Shown here: positions 13,760 to 28,140 of the stretch, piece by piece
Position numbering within the stretch: the first letter of the stretch is position 1
How the letters are laid out: each line of letters opens with the position of its first letter
Source: Octopus sinensis
Lineage: Eukaryota
Assembly (NCBI RefSeq): GCF_006345805.1
Contig: NC_043000.1
Span: 44,144,001 to 44,208,000 of the forward strand
Direction: 5' to 3'
Length of the DNA stretch: 64,000 nucleotides
Notes under the pieces: generated by a model
The model's database searches: none
What the model was told of the DNA's origin: nothing
The model's input: only the letters and a program-made list of their open reading frames with translations
Program-made: the position numbers and the translations under genes

Positions 13760-14160
13760 ATTTGCTAGTACAAATAAATATGATAAATCCCCATGCAGAG
13801 AAAAATCAATATGCCCATTGATAAACCTCTGTTTAAGTACAAATCATGTATATACATATACAGTACACATATGTAAGATTCGCTATCGCAAACATGTCAC
13901 CAGCTTCAAGAGAATCAATAAGAGACATTCAACATTTGGCCGATTTTGGATTTTGTATGGCGACTGAAGGAAGACAACATAAAGTATTACATATATTGGT
14001 CCATAGTTAGCTACGGAAAACCATATAATATCATTTCTAGGAGATATCGACTTTGCTCCGAGTAATCTATATCTATTCTGTGGACCAATGAGAAGATAAT
14101 TAACAGAGTTTCTGAAAGATTCTCAGGAGGCCTACACGCATACAAATGTAATTTCGTACA
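13760..14160 (+). pseudogene. Old PLE GIY-YIG fragment
   Basis: SPCREKSICPLINLCLSTNHVY...RYRKHVTSFKRINKRHST...WRLKEDNIKYYIYWSIVSYGKPYNIISRRYRLCSE, with frameshifts and stops. Confidence 0.75.
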
Positions 14161-14789
14161 ATGCATTGGGAAAGAATTTGGAAAACCATTAACATAATAT
14201 ACTTTAAGGTATGTATGAATTGAGTTTACTTTTAACTTCTTCCTTCGTATAAACTTAACTCACTTTGTGATAATGTGCACACCAAACCTCACGTATGGCT
14301 ATGCTTATATATTCGTGGATGCTTGTTTTAGCGAGTGTACATGCGCCATGCAGCTTGCACGAGGGTGTTTACACATCCATATCTGTTAACGGTTATTTTT
14401 CATACTTTTCGCGCTGTATTGCGTGTTCGTTTCTTTTTGTATCTGTGATTTTATTTTTGATTTGCTATATCAATGAAAATATACCCTTCGTTTTGCTGTT
14501 TTTTCCTTCTACAAGATGAGAAGCTGTATTACGGAACTCTTATTTTAAGGATTTGTATATATTTCTCACCCGATTAGACACATCTCCACAGCCAGGTTTT
14601 CCTGAACCAGTTGCTAAGTGTCCCACCCGTGAGGGATAGATGCTTGATGTGTCCAAAGAATTATCGTGGTTGATAAACATTTTCACATATTCCATCTTCC
14701 ATACTTCATTTACTATATATATACATATATATACATACATATATAAATATAAATTAGAGAAGAACCACTATTATGCAATTGGCACTATA

Positions 14790-15120
14790 ATATTAGGGAG
14801 TATAACTCCAAAATTACAGGGAAAAATTAGTATTAAATCAAATTTCAAAATATAAATATATAATATATAAATTAGAGAAAAAAACGCTATTATGCAATTC
14901 AAACAATGATAGCAATAAAACAAATCATATATAAAAAATAAAACATATGTTTTAAAAAATATATTTTATTTTTTATTTATAATTTGGTTTATGTCTATCA
15001 TTGTTTGAATTGCAAAATATTGCTTTTTCTCTAATTTATATATTATATATATATATTTTGAAATTGGATGTAATACTAATTTTTCCCTGTAAGTTTGGAA
15101 TTATACTCCCTAATATTATA
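14790..15120. repeat. Imperfect inverted repeat (about 155 bp arms)
   Basis: ataatattagggagtataactccaaaattacagggaaaaattagtatta... is mirrored by ...taatactaatttttccctgtaagtttggaattatactccctaatattat. Confidence 0.8.
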
Positions 15121-15191
15121 TATATATATATTTCTATAATTGAAAACAATGTGGAGAATCTAGATATAAAAAACAGACAGATAGATGGATT

Positions 15192-15243
<52 letters not shown>

Positions 15244-15779
15244 TATTTATATGCATATATATATCATTTATATACTTATATATTTATATAAATGTAGGTG
15301 TAAATATATGTAAGTCACGTTGTATTCCAGTACCAAATAATTGGATTTGAATGGTGCCAACAACTGAAATAATAATGTCGAATGTGTCATGAGATAGCCC
15401 ACCAAAATAGCAACAGTCTCTTGGAGTTTAATACACTCTTTGCCGTAGCTTAATGAAGAATTAATGCTATGCCAATTACAATTGTAATGAACACACTTTC
15501 CAATTAAATAAACCGAAGTTCTATTGATGAAATCTCATTTTACATTGGCAAGTGAGTTTGATTCACAAGACAGTTCATCTACCTTCACGTAATAATTAGT
15601 TGGGAAGATAGTGGATATACATAAGTATACATGAAAGTTATACTATATAAGTAAACTTTACTTAAAGTTCTGCAATACTTTTATATTGTTACAATAGATT
15701 AAGTTAACATGTGCACGCAATCACATATATATCGACACTCATAAATATGTACACATGAACATCATAGCCGGTTCAACGT

Positions 15780-16130
15780 TCTCAAGTATAGATACCACCT
15801 GAAGCTCTCCGTAATCGGTCTCATATTTGGGCAGCAAGCGTGTGGCTTTTGAAGCCAGGACCTCTACATTTTGACCTCGATGTTACGAACATGATTGTCT
15901 ACAACAGCATAAGCAATATTTTGGTGATCATGCAAAATATGGGACGCTAGAAGCCCTCAGCAGATAGGCAAATACTGCCACATTCATAGCTTGTTGTTAT
16001 GCCGTGTAGGGCGTAATCGAAATAAATTATTTGATGACTTTTAACTCCTTCTCTGCCGAAACAGATACCCTTACATTTCTTGTATGTCCAATCACTCTGG
16101 TCAGTAGTCACATTTCACAAAAATAATACG
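15780..16130 (+). mobile_element. Possible RTE LINE C-terminal fragment (plus strand)
   Basis: Weak similarity (CLQQHKQYF...EALSR*ANTATFIA) to the RTE post-RT region; opposite orientation to the adjacent fragment. Confidence 0.3.
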
Positions 16131-16229
16131 TTCCCACCCTTTTTAGAAACCTTATTCAAATGTTAGTGATTACTTTGAGCAATGTAAAAGTTCTCACTTC
16201 CATCATATAATGTGCTCCTCCAACATGCC

Positions 16230-17110
16230 CAGTCAGTTTGTTATTTCTCCCGTTCCTTTTCCAAGATGTTTGCTTTCTTCAAAAATATTTTACGTTTATG
16301 CATTTTCCAACAGAGATACGGCGTAGACACTGTTATGGAAATGCTAAAGTTGAAGGAATTTATGCAGGAATGTCTGTCTCAAGCGCTCAATGGATGCATT
16401 ATCAACCTCTGATGGTTGATTTACAAAACAAAAAGAATTGTCAGTGTGTTGTTTCCACCTGCCCAGTATTACGTCTGCTTGCCTACGTAAATATTTTTCA
16501 TCTTTAGTGAGTGCGTAATTGATCAATGGGACAAGACGAAGGTCCATGTACTTCTTCAAAGCGACAATTCCACGGGGTGTTGTTGCTGGAAATAAAGGCA
16601 GATTGATTATCATTCAACTTAGCCCTTCATCATGACACCCGCGTACTTCGCAGCCGTCGCTACACACGACACTTCGCATAGTTAAATTCTCTGTTATAGT
16701 TTAATTTTGTTTTCTCCGGTGGAGTAGCCAGTTTTGAGGAAGGTTGAAAATGCTGTCTTCTTTGCAAATAGCAGTTTGTTGACCTTCTAGTTTTCAATAA
16801 ATCAACCTTGGTATTTTTATTGTACAAAATCAATCGCATCTGCACAGATATTATATAAACTCCATAAAATTATTTTTGTCATTTTCACATCTGAGTTTTT
16901 CACAAGCCGTGCTTCGGCCTCAGAATTTTTCATGCAGCTAACAACCAACCTTTCTGAGAGTGTAACACCCTACACCTTTCATTTGGTATTATTGTGGTGT
17001 GACAAATATACGATTAGCTCAGCACTCTGTAAGACGTATCGAAGGAACAATGTATATATTGTGTAGGCTAAGCCCGCGGGTGATAAAATAATCAATAGGA
17101 TGCAAGTGTT
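16230..17110 (-). mobile_element. Degraded RTE/BovB-like LINE (endonuclease end to pre-RT)
   Basis: LHPIDYFITRGL...ANRIFV (APE C-terminus 'LIDYIITR...DHRLV'), then NNTPRGIVALKK..GPS and ILGRWKQH...NQPSEVDNASIERL ('ILERWAEHF..LNRPSSINDEAIDRL'). Confidence 0.7.
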
Positions 17111-17737
17111 TTCAAACAACATGCATGTGTTCTAATACATATCATTCAGTTAAAACATAGTATTTTCAAAACAAAGGTCTATTACGGCACATATTTTCAG
17201 CGGAAGCATTCCAATAATATTACCCTTGCCTACACTACGTTTCCCACTAATGTGTAATTAAAGGCGCATCCTAATCTTGTATTAAACGGGTCTAGGATGA
17301 TGACTTTGTCTAGAGCTTCAAGTTTCTTACGTAAACATTCCGAGATATGTAGAAGGAACACATTCGACATCAGACGAGCTCATAGTTGGAGGTTACACAC
17401 TAATAAGAATTACATAGTAGTAATTGATCAAGAGACATCTAATATACATATAACTGTTACTAACTTCACATGGCAGTTCTTCTGGAGAGAGTAGAGTTAG
17501 AAGGCTTTAAGGTGGTCCAAGTAATCGAGATCAGTGATGCCTTCAATTCGTTTAGTGAGTACCCTCTGGGGTTATTCAATCCTCGAAATGTTTTATTTTG
17601 TATGGGGAGACAACAAGCGGCAGCGGTATTCGAGGTGTGGCCGTACAAAAGGGGATGAAAGTGGAATGATGTCACCTTGTTCTCTGGACAGGAAGATTCT
17701 CAAGATCAGCAATCGAGATCAGTCATGCCTTCAGTAG

Positions 17738-17820
<83 letters not shown>

Positions 17821-18441
17821 GATTATATATGTGTGTGTGTATGTTTGTGTTTATACAGATTTAGATCTAGATTTAAATGTATATGCATAAGTATGTATAC
17901 ATATGACTGTATTTGTGTGTGTGTGTGTGTGTGTGCAGGTGTGTATTTATATATATATACATATATTCAAATTTTATATATTCTCGTTCCTGCTGTCTTA
18001 TATCGCTTAAAATCTGGCGCAAAAGGTAGAACTTTTCAGAAAAATATTTATGGTCGTTAAATTGTTCCACATTCTACAGCTATACTCGATTTGCTTTGAT
18101 AATAAGCATCATGCATTTTAACGAGGGATCCTTTTGTATTTGTGCAGTAGTATATATTTTTTAATAAATAGATTTAGACATCATTATCTGTATTGTTTTT
18201 ACTCATAAAACGGAGTGAGTCAATCAGATTGCGCTAACTGGCCAATCGGCAAGCATGACTGAAATAAACGACCTGCTCTCACACACCTACGTTATATAAA
18301 TCTTTTGAAAATGCCATATACGTTATATGCGTTTCTTGTAAAGATATAATTCGTACATACATTCATACATACATTTATATATATATATATATATATATAT
18401 GTACATACGATTATATACACGCGCACACGCACGCATGCATA

Positions 18442-18475
<34 letters not shown>

Positions 18476-18795
18476 CTCACTCATCCATTCGACGAGTATA
18501 GGGTACAGGTAGCTATATTTTATTAGCATAAATGTATTCTAAATTTTTTCAAGTCAAAATAATGCGTGGTACAAGAAATAATGCAAGTCGATGTTTTTAA
18601 CTTTTATCTATTTCTCTATTCTTGGCGTTAGGATATCTTTCTTAGCAGAAATTCGGGGTAATGTTGTTATGAGCTGACTTCTTGCTTCTGTAGTGTGTTG
18701 GGCGAAGGACTGCGTTGCAATGACCAGATCGCATTGCTATAGTACCTAAATAACTGAGTGGAGCTCAGTACTCTCAATATGGCGTTTAATCTTAG

Positions 18796-18975
18796 GGCGG
18801 CGACCTGGTAGAACCGTTAGCAGGCCGGGCAACACACTTAGCGGAGTTTCACCCTGGTTCGCATTCCTAGTTCAAATTCCGTCGTGGTTGATTTTTGCCT
18901 TTTGTCTTTCCAGTGTCGATGAAATAAGTATTAGTTGAACACTGGGGTCAATGTAATCAACTTACACACTCTCCC
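18796..18975 (+). mobile_element. SINE family E (diverged)
   Basis: GGCGGCGACCTGGTAGAACCGTTAGC...GTTCAAATTCCG...TTGCCTTT; colinear with 46632-46810 and 63590-63818. Confidence 0.65.
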
Positions 18976-19851
18976 TAGGCTACTGAACATGTGCCAACAT
19001 TGGAAACCAATAATCTTGTATGTTGTGATTTCTTTACTTTATTCTCATGTTCCCAATTCTCTGTTATGCGGCTTCAAGCAAATCTAGATTATATGGACAA
19101 ATGCCTTACTGTAGACATTCTCTTTAACATGTATGCATACTTGTTTTATGGTAGTTCCGATGTGTATGCTTTAGATATGCTACAATGATATTGTACAATT
19201 AGTTAGACCGAAGACGTACTTTCAGCATTGATTCCCTAATTAGGGTAATGTGTATATGGCTCGCAATTAGTTAGGTACCTCCTCGGGGAGGGTACCTTGC
19301 CTGACAGTCGCATATTCAGTCCCTCCCTACCGATCAGCTGGCAAATTGCAGTAGATGTTTTTAGTTAATGTATGAATATATTCAGTGCTGAATTTTATTC
19401 CGAATAAACACATGTACCGAGATGCAATTAGAAAAGCCCGCCTTTTACATGGATATATAAGAGTGAACAATTTCTATGTACTATGTTCGATACATTTGGT
19501 GTTCGTCTGGTATGTTGATTGTTTGTTCATTTTCATGTATCTTGAGTTATGCTTGCACTGAAGATAAAAATGTACATTTTGTGCACTAATAATGACATCA
19601 TATGATATGCAGCTGAATTCTATTTTTAAAATGCTCGCTTCGAGAGTTGCATTCCCCCGAATTCGGTACAATGTGTTTATTTATTATGGTAGTTTTGACT
19701 TTAAGTGTCCCTCCTAGTGTGATGCATTTATTTATAGTAATGCCGTTAATATAAGTAAAAATATTTAAGAGGAAAAATTGATGGATTTTTCCCATATGAG
19801 ATTTTTCACGCTAACTACTTGATAAATTCTTATAAAGATTTTCTCCTATTT

Positions 19852-19907
<56 letters not shown>

Positions 19908-19908
19908 A

Positions 19909-20307
19909 AGCACAGGAGTGGCTGTGTGGTAAGTAGCTTGCTAACCAACCACATGGCTCCGGGTTCAGTCCCACTGCGTGGCATCTTGGGCAAGTGTATT
20001 CTTGCCGACCAATGCCTTGTGAGTGGATTTGATAGACGGAAACTGAAAGAAGCCTGTCGTATATATGTATATATATGTGTGTATATGTGTTTGTGTGTCT
20101 GTGATTGTCCCCCTAGCATTGCTTGACAACCGATGCTGGTGTGTTTACGTCCCCGTCACTTAGCGTTTCGGCAAAAGAGACCGATAGAATAAGTACTGGG
20201 CTTACAAAAATAAGTCCCGGGGTCGATTTGCTCGACTAAATGTGGTGCTCCAGCATGGCCGCAGTCAAAATAACTGAAACAAGTAAAAGAGTAAAAGAAA
20301 AAAGAGT
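19909..20307 (+). mobile_element. tRNA-derived SINE, family A (near full length)
   Basis: High identity to 41960-42354; ends GTAAAAGAGTAAAAGA; inserted after (TA)n. Confidence 0.9.
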
Positions 20308-22288
20308 ATATATATATATATACATACAGACAAACACACACACACACACACGCGCACACACATATATATATACATACAAATATTTGTCACAGTAAAGTTC
20401 ATTTGTTGTTGGTAGTCATGTCAGCAAAAGGAACGTAATATTTATCAAATAATTTGAAGGATCGAATTCATACAATGCAGAAGCATATTTATTTCCACTA
20501 TTTACCTCACAACACTTTAAGCAAATTTTGATGCATTCTATACCCGCAAATAATATTTATCCTTTTAAACGTAAACTCTTTGCTTACTAACGATTAAGTA
20601 TATATTTTCCGTCGAAAGATTCACCTAATAATTACTGTTTCCTTTCTTACTGCGCGTATGATAATTTTTAGAGTTTCTAATTATATACGTAATTAGAAGG
20701 TAGCTTCTAATGCAACGATGCTGCCAATAGGTAGTGTTATGTTGATGTAACACTTATCGCTTGGGATAAATATTAGTATTGAAACTAGCCTCAATCAACA
20801 CTCGGTATGCACATTCCCAATAAAGATATATCCAGTCAACCTCATATTATATATTTAAATACTGTGTGAAATAGAAATATAATAAAGGTAATATATTTTA
20901 GCTTCTGATTTAGCGTTGTACTACTCCGGTGAAATCCTAAATGGTGATTTCTCCCAACAACAAGTGCTCGTCAGTAAACTGCACCCAATCAAACTGGATT
21001 CAAATAGAAACCAGACCTCTTCTTTAGCACAAATTTAATCGAATAACTTCTGATAACTCAATTATAACACGTAATTTAATATAATCAGGTCTCGGTTTCA
21101 CTTACGTTATTAAGTATTTCAGTAAGTATGATGTAACAATTATTATTCTGCAGATAATATTTAATTCATATATTTCCCTATAGAAACTTGTATGAGAAAC
21201 TTTTCCAAGATTTTGAATTTTATCTTTATTTATTGAGAAACTATGCATGAATAAAATGTAATTGGTTAATGCCATATTCATCTATGAGATACATTCCAAG
21301 CAAGATAATTTTGACGGCTAAAAGTTTAGGTTTTACTTTATTCAATATTACGATTCCATTTAAAAATATTATAATCGTACAACATTTTATCAGAAAACGA
21401 ATAACATGCCAATTTTACTGAGTAGTGATTGAAGCTATGTTTGTTTATACGGTAAAAACAAAGGAGATTTAATGAATACGTAATGATCAGTTTGTTTCCA
21501 ATAGCTAGTCAAATAATTTTAAAATGCCTATGGTAAAATCTGAGTGAATAATCTTAGACAGGCTATACCTCTTATGTGTAATATTTCTATAACTTTCTTC
21601 TTTTACTTACTGTCTTAATGTATATCTCTCTATGTGAAAATGCAATAAATATACATGCAACAATGCTTGCTTATGAACTTCTCCGAAGCTACTATAATTT
21701 AAATTGCTATATGTTCTATGAATGAATTGTTTATTTATTTCAAGAAAGAAGTGAAATCACTGGTCGTTTTCCTAAATATTCATTTCCTATTTATCTGGCA
21801 TATGAAAGATTGAAACGAAATAGATACTGTAAGAAAGAAAAATATAATGGTAATGATTGGTATAAATTGCAGAAATGTAAAGTCGAGCCCCCATTATATT
21901 AGTCATCTCGGACTAAGGAAAATTTACTAGTATATACACATGATTTAGGTGATTGTAATTGTCAGAGTACTTCACTCTTACTTATCTTATAGTTATAAAT
22001 TACATTAACTATATTCAACTTTTACGTCAATTGCTGCCAGTAAGTCTCAGTTGAATTCTGCTACTCTAATGTTTGTTTTTTTAATCTCATAGGGTTAAAG
22101 AAGTTAAAAACAAATGCTGCATTGAGAGACATGGATTGAAACTTACTAGCAGCCATCAGAGTAAAAATGAATATAACTAATGTAATATGCAACAATGGAA
22201 GCAATATATAGGTGAAGGGGAAAACATATCGGCTGAGTCCTTGCGTATGTCGGAAATATTAGCTTGTATTTGATTCTAAATTTTTCAG

Positions 22289-22518
22289 GTCAAATCCCAC
22301 GGAAATTATCATCTCTTACTTTTCCGATAATTAATATAGTAGACCTGGCTCTTTCATCTGAACGCTCAAATAATTTGAGTCGGTCACTCTCCAAATTGCA
22401 TGGGAGACAAATTAAAATCGGTAAGATCACAAGGATAGAGTGTAGTATTTTGGAATAAGAAAAAATCAAATGCATTTTTTAAGGAATAACAGGACCACAG
22501 TTTGCTAACGTTCAACAA
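22289..22518 (+). CDS. Candidate pair of exons (22289-22420, 22484-22518), product unknown
   Basis: tttttcag|...ATCG|gtaaga, a 63-nt intron ending ttttttaag|, then ...CAA|gtaaga. The joined frame is open: QIPRKLSSLTFPIINIVDLALSSERSNNLSRSLSKLHGRQIKIGITGPQFANVQQ. No homology recognised. Confidence 0.25.
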
Positions 22519-23228
22519 GTAAGAGTTGTGCAAATATGAACCTGCAAAAATGATGCTACATAACATGAGAAATCTCAAAGCTAACCGACGGAATTGATGT
22601 TCAGTAATCATTTGGATAACAAGGAAAAAGATGTCGTCCGGTTACCTTGTTAATAAGTATAGTGATACTTGTCTCTTATTCTCTTGTATAATATTAACAT
22701 AGATGTTGATCCGAACTTCATTTGGCTGTTGTTAGAAGGAAGCATGTTCGGACGTTTAATAAACTAAAGTGAATTCATTTTATTAGTACGTTATAGTCAA
22801 ACCAGATGTACAGAATATCTCATTCGTGCGATAGAGGACAAAGTAGTAATTTCAATACATATACATACATATATATAAATATACATAGGATACCGATCGA
22901 CGCAAAGGTGTAATTGGACATGGAAGCAGCAGAAATGTTGTTTTCAAACTAGCGTGTATTTGTATTCTGATTGGTGACCTGAATTTTGTTCGAGAATACT
23001 ACACACATTTATCATTATTGAAAACTGAATGCACGCCGAAATCGTGTGAAACTATTACTAAGAGAAACAACTGAAAGAATTCACAAATATGCGCACTCTG
23101 TGGGATAGCTGTCAGATTCATGTTACGAATATTCCGTGGAATTAATAAAAGCACCTGAAATTCGGTTATATCTATATATAAAAGCTTTATCAGAATACTA
23201 GTGTAGTATATGTTGATTGCAAACTCAC

Positions 23229-23424
23229 CTAGACGGCCACACAAAGGACGATATTGCGACCTCCTTTGTCAATATATATTGGATAAAGGGAAAGGCTTCT
23301 TCTGCTGAAATATTCCACTGAGAAAGCGAGCCAACAATTATTTTCTGAAGATGGCAGTTAATTCTCAAATGATAGCATTTAATCTTTAACAACCGCTGCT
23401 GAAAATATCTGAAGTAATATTTCC
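23229..23424 (-). CDS. Candidate internal exon (196 nt), product unknown
   Basis: Strong acceptor ttttgtttctacag| and donor TAG|gtgagt; one open frame of 64 codons (KYYFRYFQQRLLK...EEAFPFIQYILTKEVAISSFVWPS). Could be non-coding. Confidence 0.3.
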
Positions 23425-25460
23425 CTGTAGAAACAAAACTGTATAAAACATAAGTATAAAATACGATATATTATAAAGAGTATGGAAGTGAGAAGATTAA
23501 AAATGCGATTCGAGAACGCCTCATAACAAAGGTAACACCGAAAATAATATCCCTTGATATTATCTTAAATACAAAAAGACTAAAGCTTGTGTTATCTCAA
23601 CTAAGATATATGATATATTAAATACATTTTCGCCCATTTAAATCCATTTGGAGGTATTTTCGTGGATAATTTACATTAATCTTTCTCCGTTTGAATTACT
23701 CCTTTGCTACAGTCTATATTTATAGCAATTTCGTCTTGAAACAGGACATCATAATCCATTCAGAAAACTCTTTGCAATAGAGCTCCGTCTGGCATGCTTT
23801 TGTTTAGGTGAAAACTATGCACTAAATCGCCAGGCATAAATTTGTTTAGATGTAAACTTTGCAACAAAAGCCTTGTGTCGTATATAAATGTACATACAAC
23901 CATGATTACTGGCTCGTATTTGTTCTGAGTTTATTTAAATATATTAATATCATAAACAAGTCCTACGCTGCATTTCAAATTTCATTTTACAAAAATATAT
24001 GAATTTATATAGTGTTATGCTCTTGAGACCAAAAAATTGAATTCGAAGGCATATTCCTTTAAATTAAAATAGATGATTGATTCAGATTCACTTGAAGGAA
24101 TATATAAATCAACTCGCTCAACTTTTATTAGAAACATTCACTTATTTGTAGCTGCATCATTTTACTTAATATTGAGTTCCTAGATTTGCATGCACCACAC
24201 TATCAGGAAATAAGTTTATTCATTACCATCCATATCGACTTTGACAGCAGCTGAGTATTGCATTTTTAAATCAACGTGTATTATACCAGTTTTGATCGCA
24301 TGAATTAAAAATGAGATCTGCAATGTATCTGTAAAACATAAATAGACTGAAATGTTTTTTTTTAAAACATGTCTGCAAACAAAAATAAATCACTTACAAT
24401 AATAATTAACGGGAAACGAATATTAAATTCAATGAACATTTGAAACGAAATCAAAAGATAACTGAGCCTCAAAATCTATTTTCAAAGCTATTTTGTTTAA
24501 TATAGGATGTTTCAACTGTGTTATTTATACGTCTGATTAAATTCTTTCATCACGCCCCAGATGTTTTGTTTGGTTGTTTTCCCTTTAGTTATAGTTGACA
24601 ACTATTTCAAATATTGCAGTAGTCCAACTGAAATTAAAGATGTGGGAATCTCGAATTAGATGTAACGGAGAGAATATAATGTATAATTCGAACATAAATA
24701 GAACTGTTTTATAATTGCAAATTAAAAGCAATTATATTAATGTATGACATGTTCATGGACCCTGAAATACATCAATTTTCTTTAAGATGTGAGTCATCGA
24801 AGCAATGCGTAGCGAATAACACTTCACTTTAAATAAATTTCCTGTACTTAATATTCCCAGTATGTTTCGTTTAATTTCATACCATGATAGACGCTTCATA
24901 TTCTGATGTAGACAAAAATACCCGTATGGTAAAAGAAATGAAAAGTTATTTATAGTTTGCGAATAGAAATAAATGTTTGGTTGTTTTTTCATTTGTTACA
25001 TATAAGCGTAAGAAGGCGTTTTGTATTTCGGGGGACGAGGAAATGGAGAGAGACTATTTGAGAGATAGACGCCATTTGCTTAACATAAAAAGGGATGAGG
25101 AACTAGAATTCAATTAAATAGACTAAATGCAGTACTTCTTGCATTTCTTTTATGTTTGAAATATTCCATTCATTCCCAAGAATTTTATGAGTAATTATTT
25201 CCTATTCTTTGATTTCGCTCTATATATCTAATAAAACATTTTCAGTTTTAGTTAAATTTTGCTTCGTATTTTTAACCCTTTCTGCTGTAATATTTCCTTC
25301 TTTAAATAAATTCTTCAGTGTATGATATTTCCATTCTTGGTTGTAGTTTTAATTTGTTCGGAAAAAAAAAAATAGTGCATTCTTCACGGTTACATATTAA
25401 TGTAACATTTTCCACTTGCTTGCAACTAATTATTTTGGGATCCTACTGTTGTTATTTTGA

Positions 25461-25515
<55 letters not shown>

Positions 25516-25641
25516 AAAATCATGTCAAAGGGAAATGGAATTTAATTAAAATAAAAACATTCAATCAAAATTTAAATTTCCAGTGGTCTATAAGTGGATT
25601 CCTTATGTGTTTAAATATACACTATATCGTATATATATATA

Positions 25642-25691
<50 letters not shown>

Positions 25692-28092
25692 CATATTCGC
25701 GGTGGTGTATATGTGATCTTTATTTGAGAGGTGTTCGGTTTATAGTAGATCTAAATTTCTTGAACGACAAAACATGTTTCACCTTCCACATAATTATATT
25801 CTGTATTGCAGGAATAACAACTACTCTACAATATTAATCAGAAAATTTGTTTTTGCTACAAAACCTAGTATGTACCGCGTCTAAAAAGGATATTGTTCTT
25901 CGAAATATGTTGTGGGCTTGTGTTTCATTCAGTTTTCAATTTTCTTGATTCCTTTTCATTTCAGATCACTATTTTATATATACTTCACATCATGCCCCAG
26001 CTTATTGCCAATATTGCTATGATATAGTTCTTCAAATCTTCGTTGCCACTGCTACCTCTGACACAAGTTCTCTTTAGATTAGTTGCGCATGAACTTCACA
26101 CAAGAAATCAGTTGAACAGGTTACGGCCACCTACATTTCTCTTTTAAATAATTCTCACACCAATTTTATATCTATAATTTATGGCTATGTCCAGTAATTT
26201 CTTCAAAGTAATCTAACACTCTGAAATTAACTGTGAAGTGAAAATATTATAAATGTTATCGGTCACACTCATAATTATACCAATGAGGTCAATATCTGAT
26301 TACCTGCATGGTTTTTCTCAAACGTTTTCTTCATTCTGAATAATATTATGCACAAAAACCCATCTAAGACAGAATAAATATCATTCAATGTTCTTCTAAA
26401 CTGAATATATTTATAGCACCCTTGAAAATATTGGAGTCATGTCTAAACATATAAATATCGTACTAAAATGGGAGCATATTTGAAGGTAGAAGAATTGAAT
26501 AACAGAGAAGCATGCAACAGACCCTATATTTTGCCAATGTAGAAATGATATCAGGAATCCAATGGTATTAACGTGACGAAAACATTGCAAAAGCGAGATA
26601 TTAATGACAGTAGTTTATTAAATGTCATATATAAGTGATTGTATGTATGAATATACTGAATGTGTCCGTATATCTCCGTTTGTGTGTGCACATGTGTTAG
26701 AAGTTTTGATTTGGATTCCCTTATAGCAATTTTTGAATGAATACCTCTCAGCCGACATAAATATGTGTGTGATTAATGCATCTGAACGTACGCATGCACT
26801 TATAAATGAACATGTATACCTCAGTACTCCTATCCAAAAAGAAAGAAAGAAGCACGTTACAAATGATCATTCCACTTCGTTAATTTGGATCAAGATATTA
26901 ACTATTCTGTATTCTACTGAAAAGGTAAAAGCAATAAAAATGAACGAACAAGGCAGGCATTTAAGATTTGTAAAAAGCATAAACTGGAAATAATCGGTTG
27001 TATAGTGCATTTAATCTGTGCTTTATCAAATTAGATTAATGCAAGTAACAACTCCACTCTAAAAGGTGACTAATTGAAGGACCTCCTCAATTCATAACTA
27101 GAAAATTGGCGAGAGGGAAAGAAGAAATTCTTCAACTCGTGCTTGCTGACAGAGTTGACGTGTTTTCTAACATGAATCTACACACTAATGTCGAGAGAAT
27201 AAATTAAAATATATAAATACTCAAATAAAAACATTGCGTAATGACTTTATCGGAAGATTCTTTAAATATTTAAAATAAATAAGCAATTAAGATGCAAATT
27301 CATATGGTAATAGCGAATATATAAGAAAATCTGCTTACACTACAGTATGTTTTAAAATGCATCTAAATAGTCAAGTATCTGAGGTATATTTTCTACACAC
27401 AAACACAGACTTGCATTCAACACCCACACACACTCACACAAACACATAAACATATATATATATATATATAAATAGCTGAGTGTATTTTTACCTTGTTAAA
27501 AATTAACAAGGAAAAAATAAATAAATAGTTACCAGGGTAGCAAAAATCTCACAAGTAAAGAGGTTGTAACTCCTTGCTTATAAAGGTAGAAACTTCGTGT
27601 TTACGTGGAATGTTTTGTATAATATATGAATAAATAAATGGAGTTTAACGCTGGTGTAAATCAAATATTTTTACTTTCGACACATGTTTCGAAACTTCCA
27701 CTGATATTATTCAAAAGAATAAATGGTATAAACAATGCAATCTTCTCTTCAGGAAAGTGAAAAAAAACGAAACTCGTCAATAAGACGTTTTAGCAAAAAA
27801 TGCTGGATTTGTATAGCGATTAACTGAACTCTATTAATATTGTTTAAAAAAACGTTATACGATATAACGTCATACGTAGCTTACAGAAAGAGTAGGGATG
27901 TTAATAGTCAATGATAAATATAAAGAAAATTAAAGATTAAATCATATATAATGATAGAGACTATTTATATGCACTAAAGTTGTGTTTTTGCCAATGTTTA
28001 CATCTGTATGCTCGCTCTACAACCGTGTTTACAAGGGGATTCTTAGAAAAAATAGCTCACAATTGCAGAGAAGACAGGATACCTTGCCTTTG

Positions 28093-28136
<44 letters not shown>

Positions 28137-28140
28137 TCAA

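Noticed and set aside
17290-17740. GC-richer segment with short ORFs and a 23-bp direct repeat (aatcgagatcagt(g/c)atgccttca)
   Set aside because: Only vague resemblance to LTR-retrotransposon RT; not enough to assign a family.
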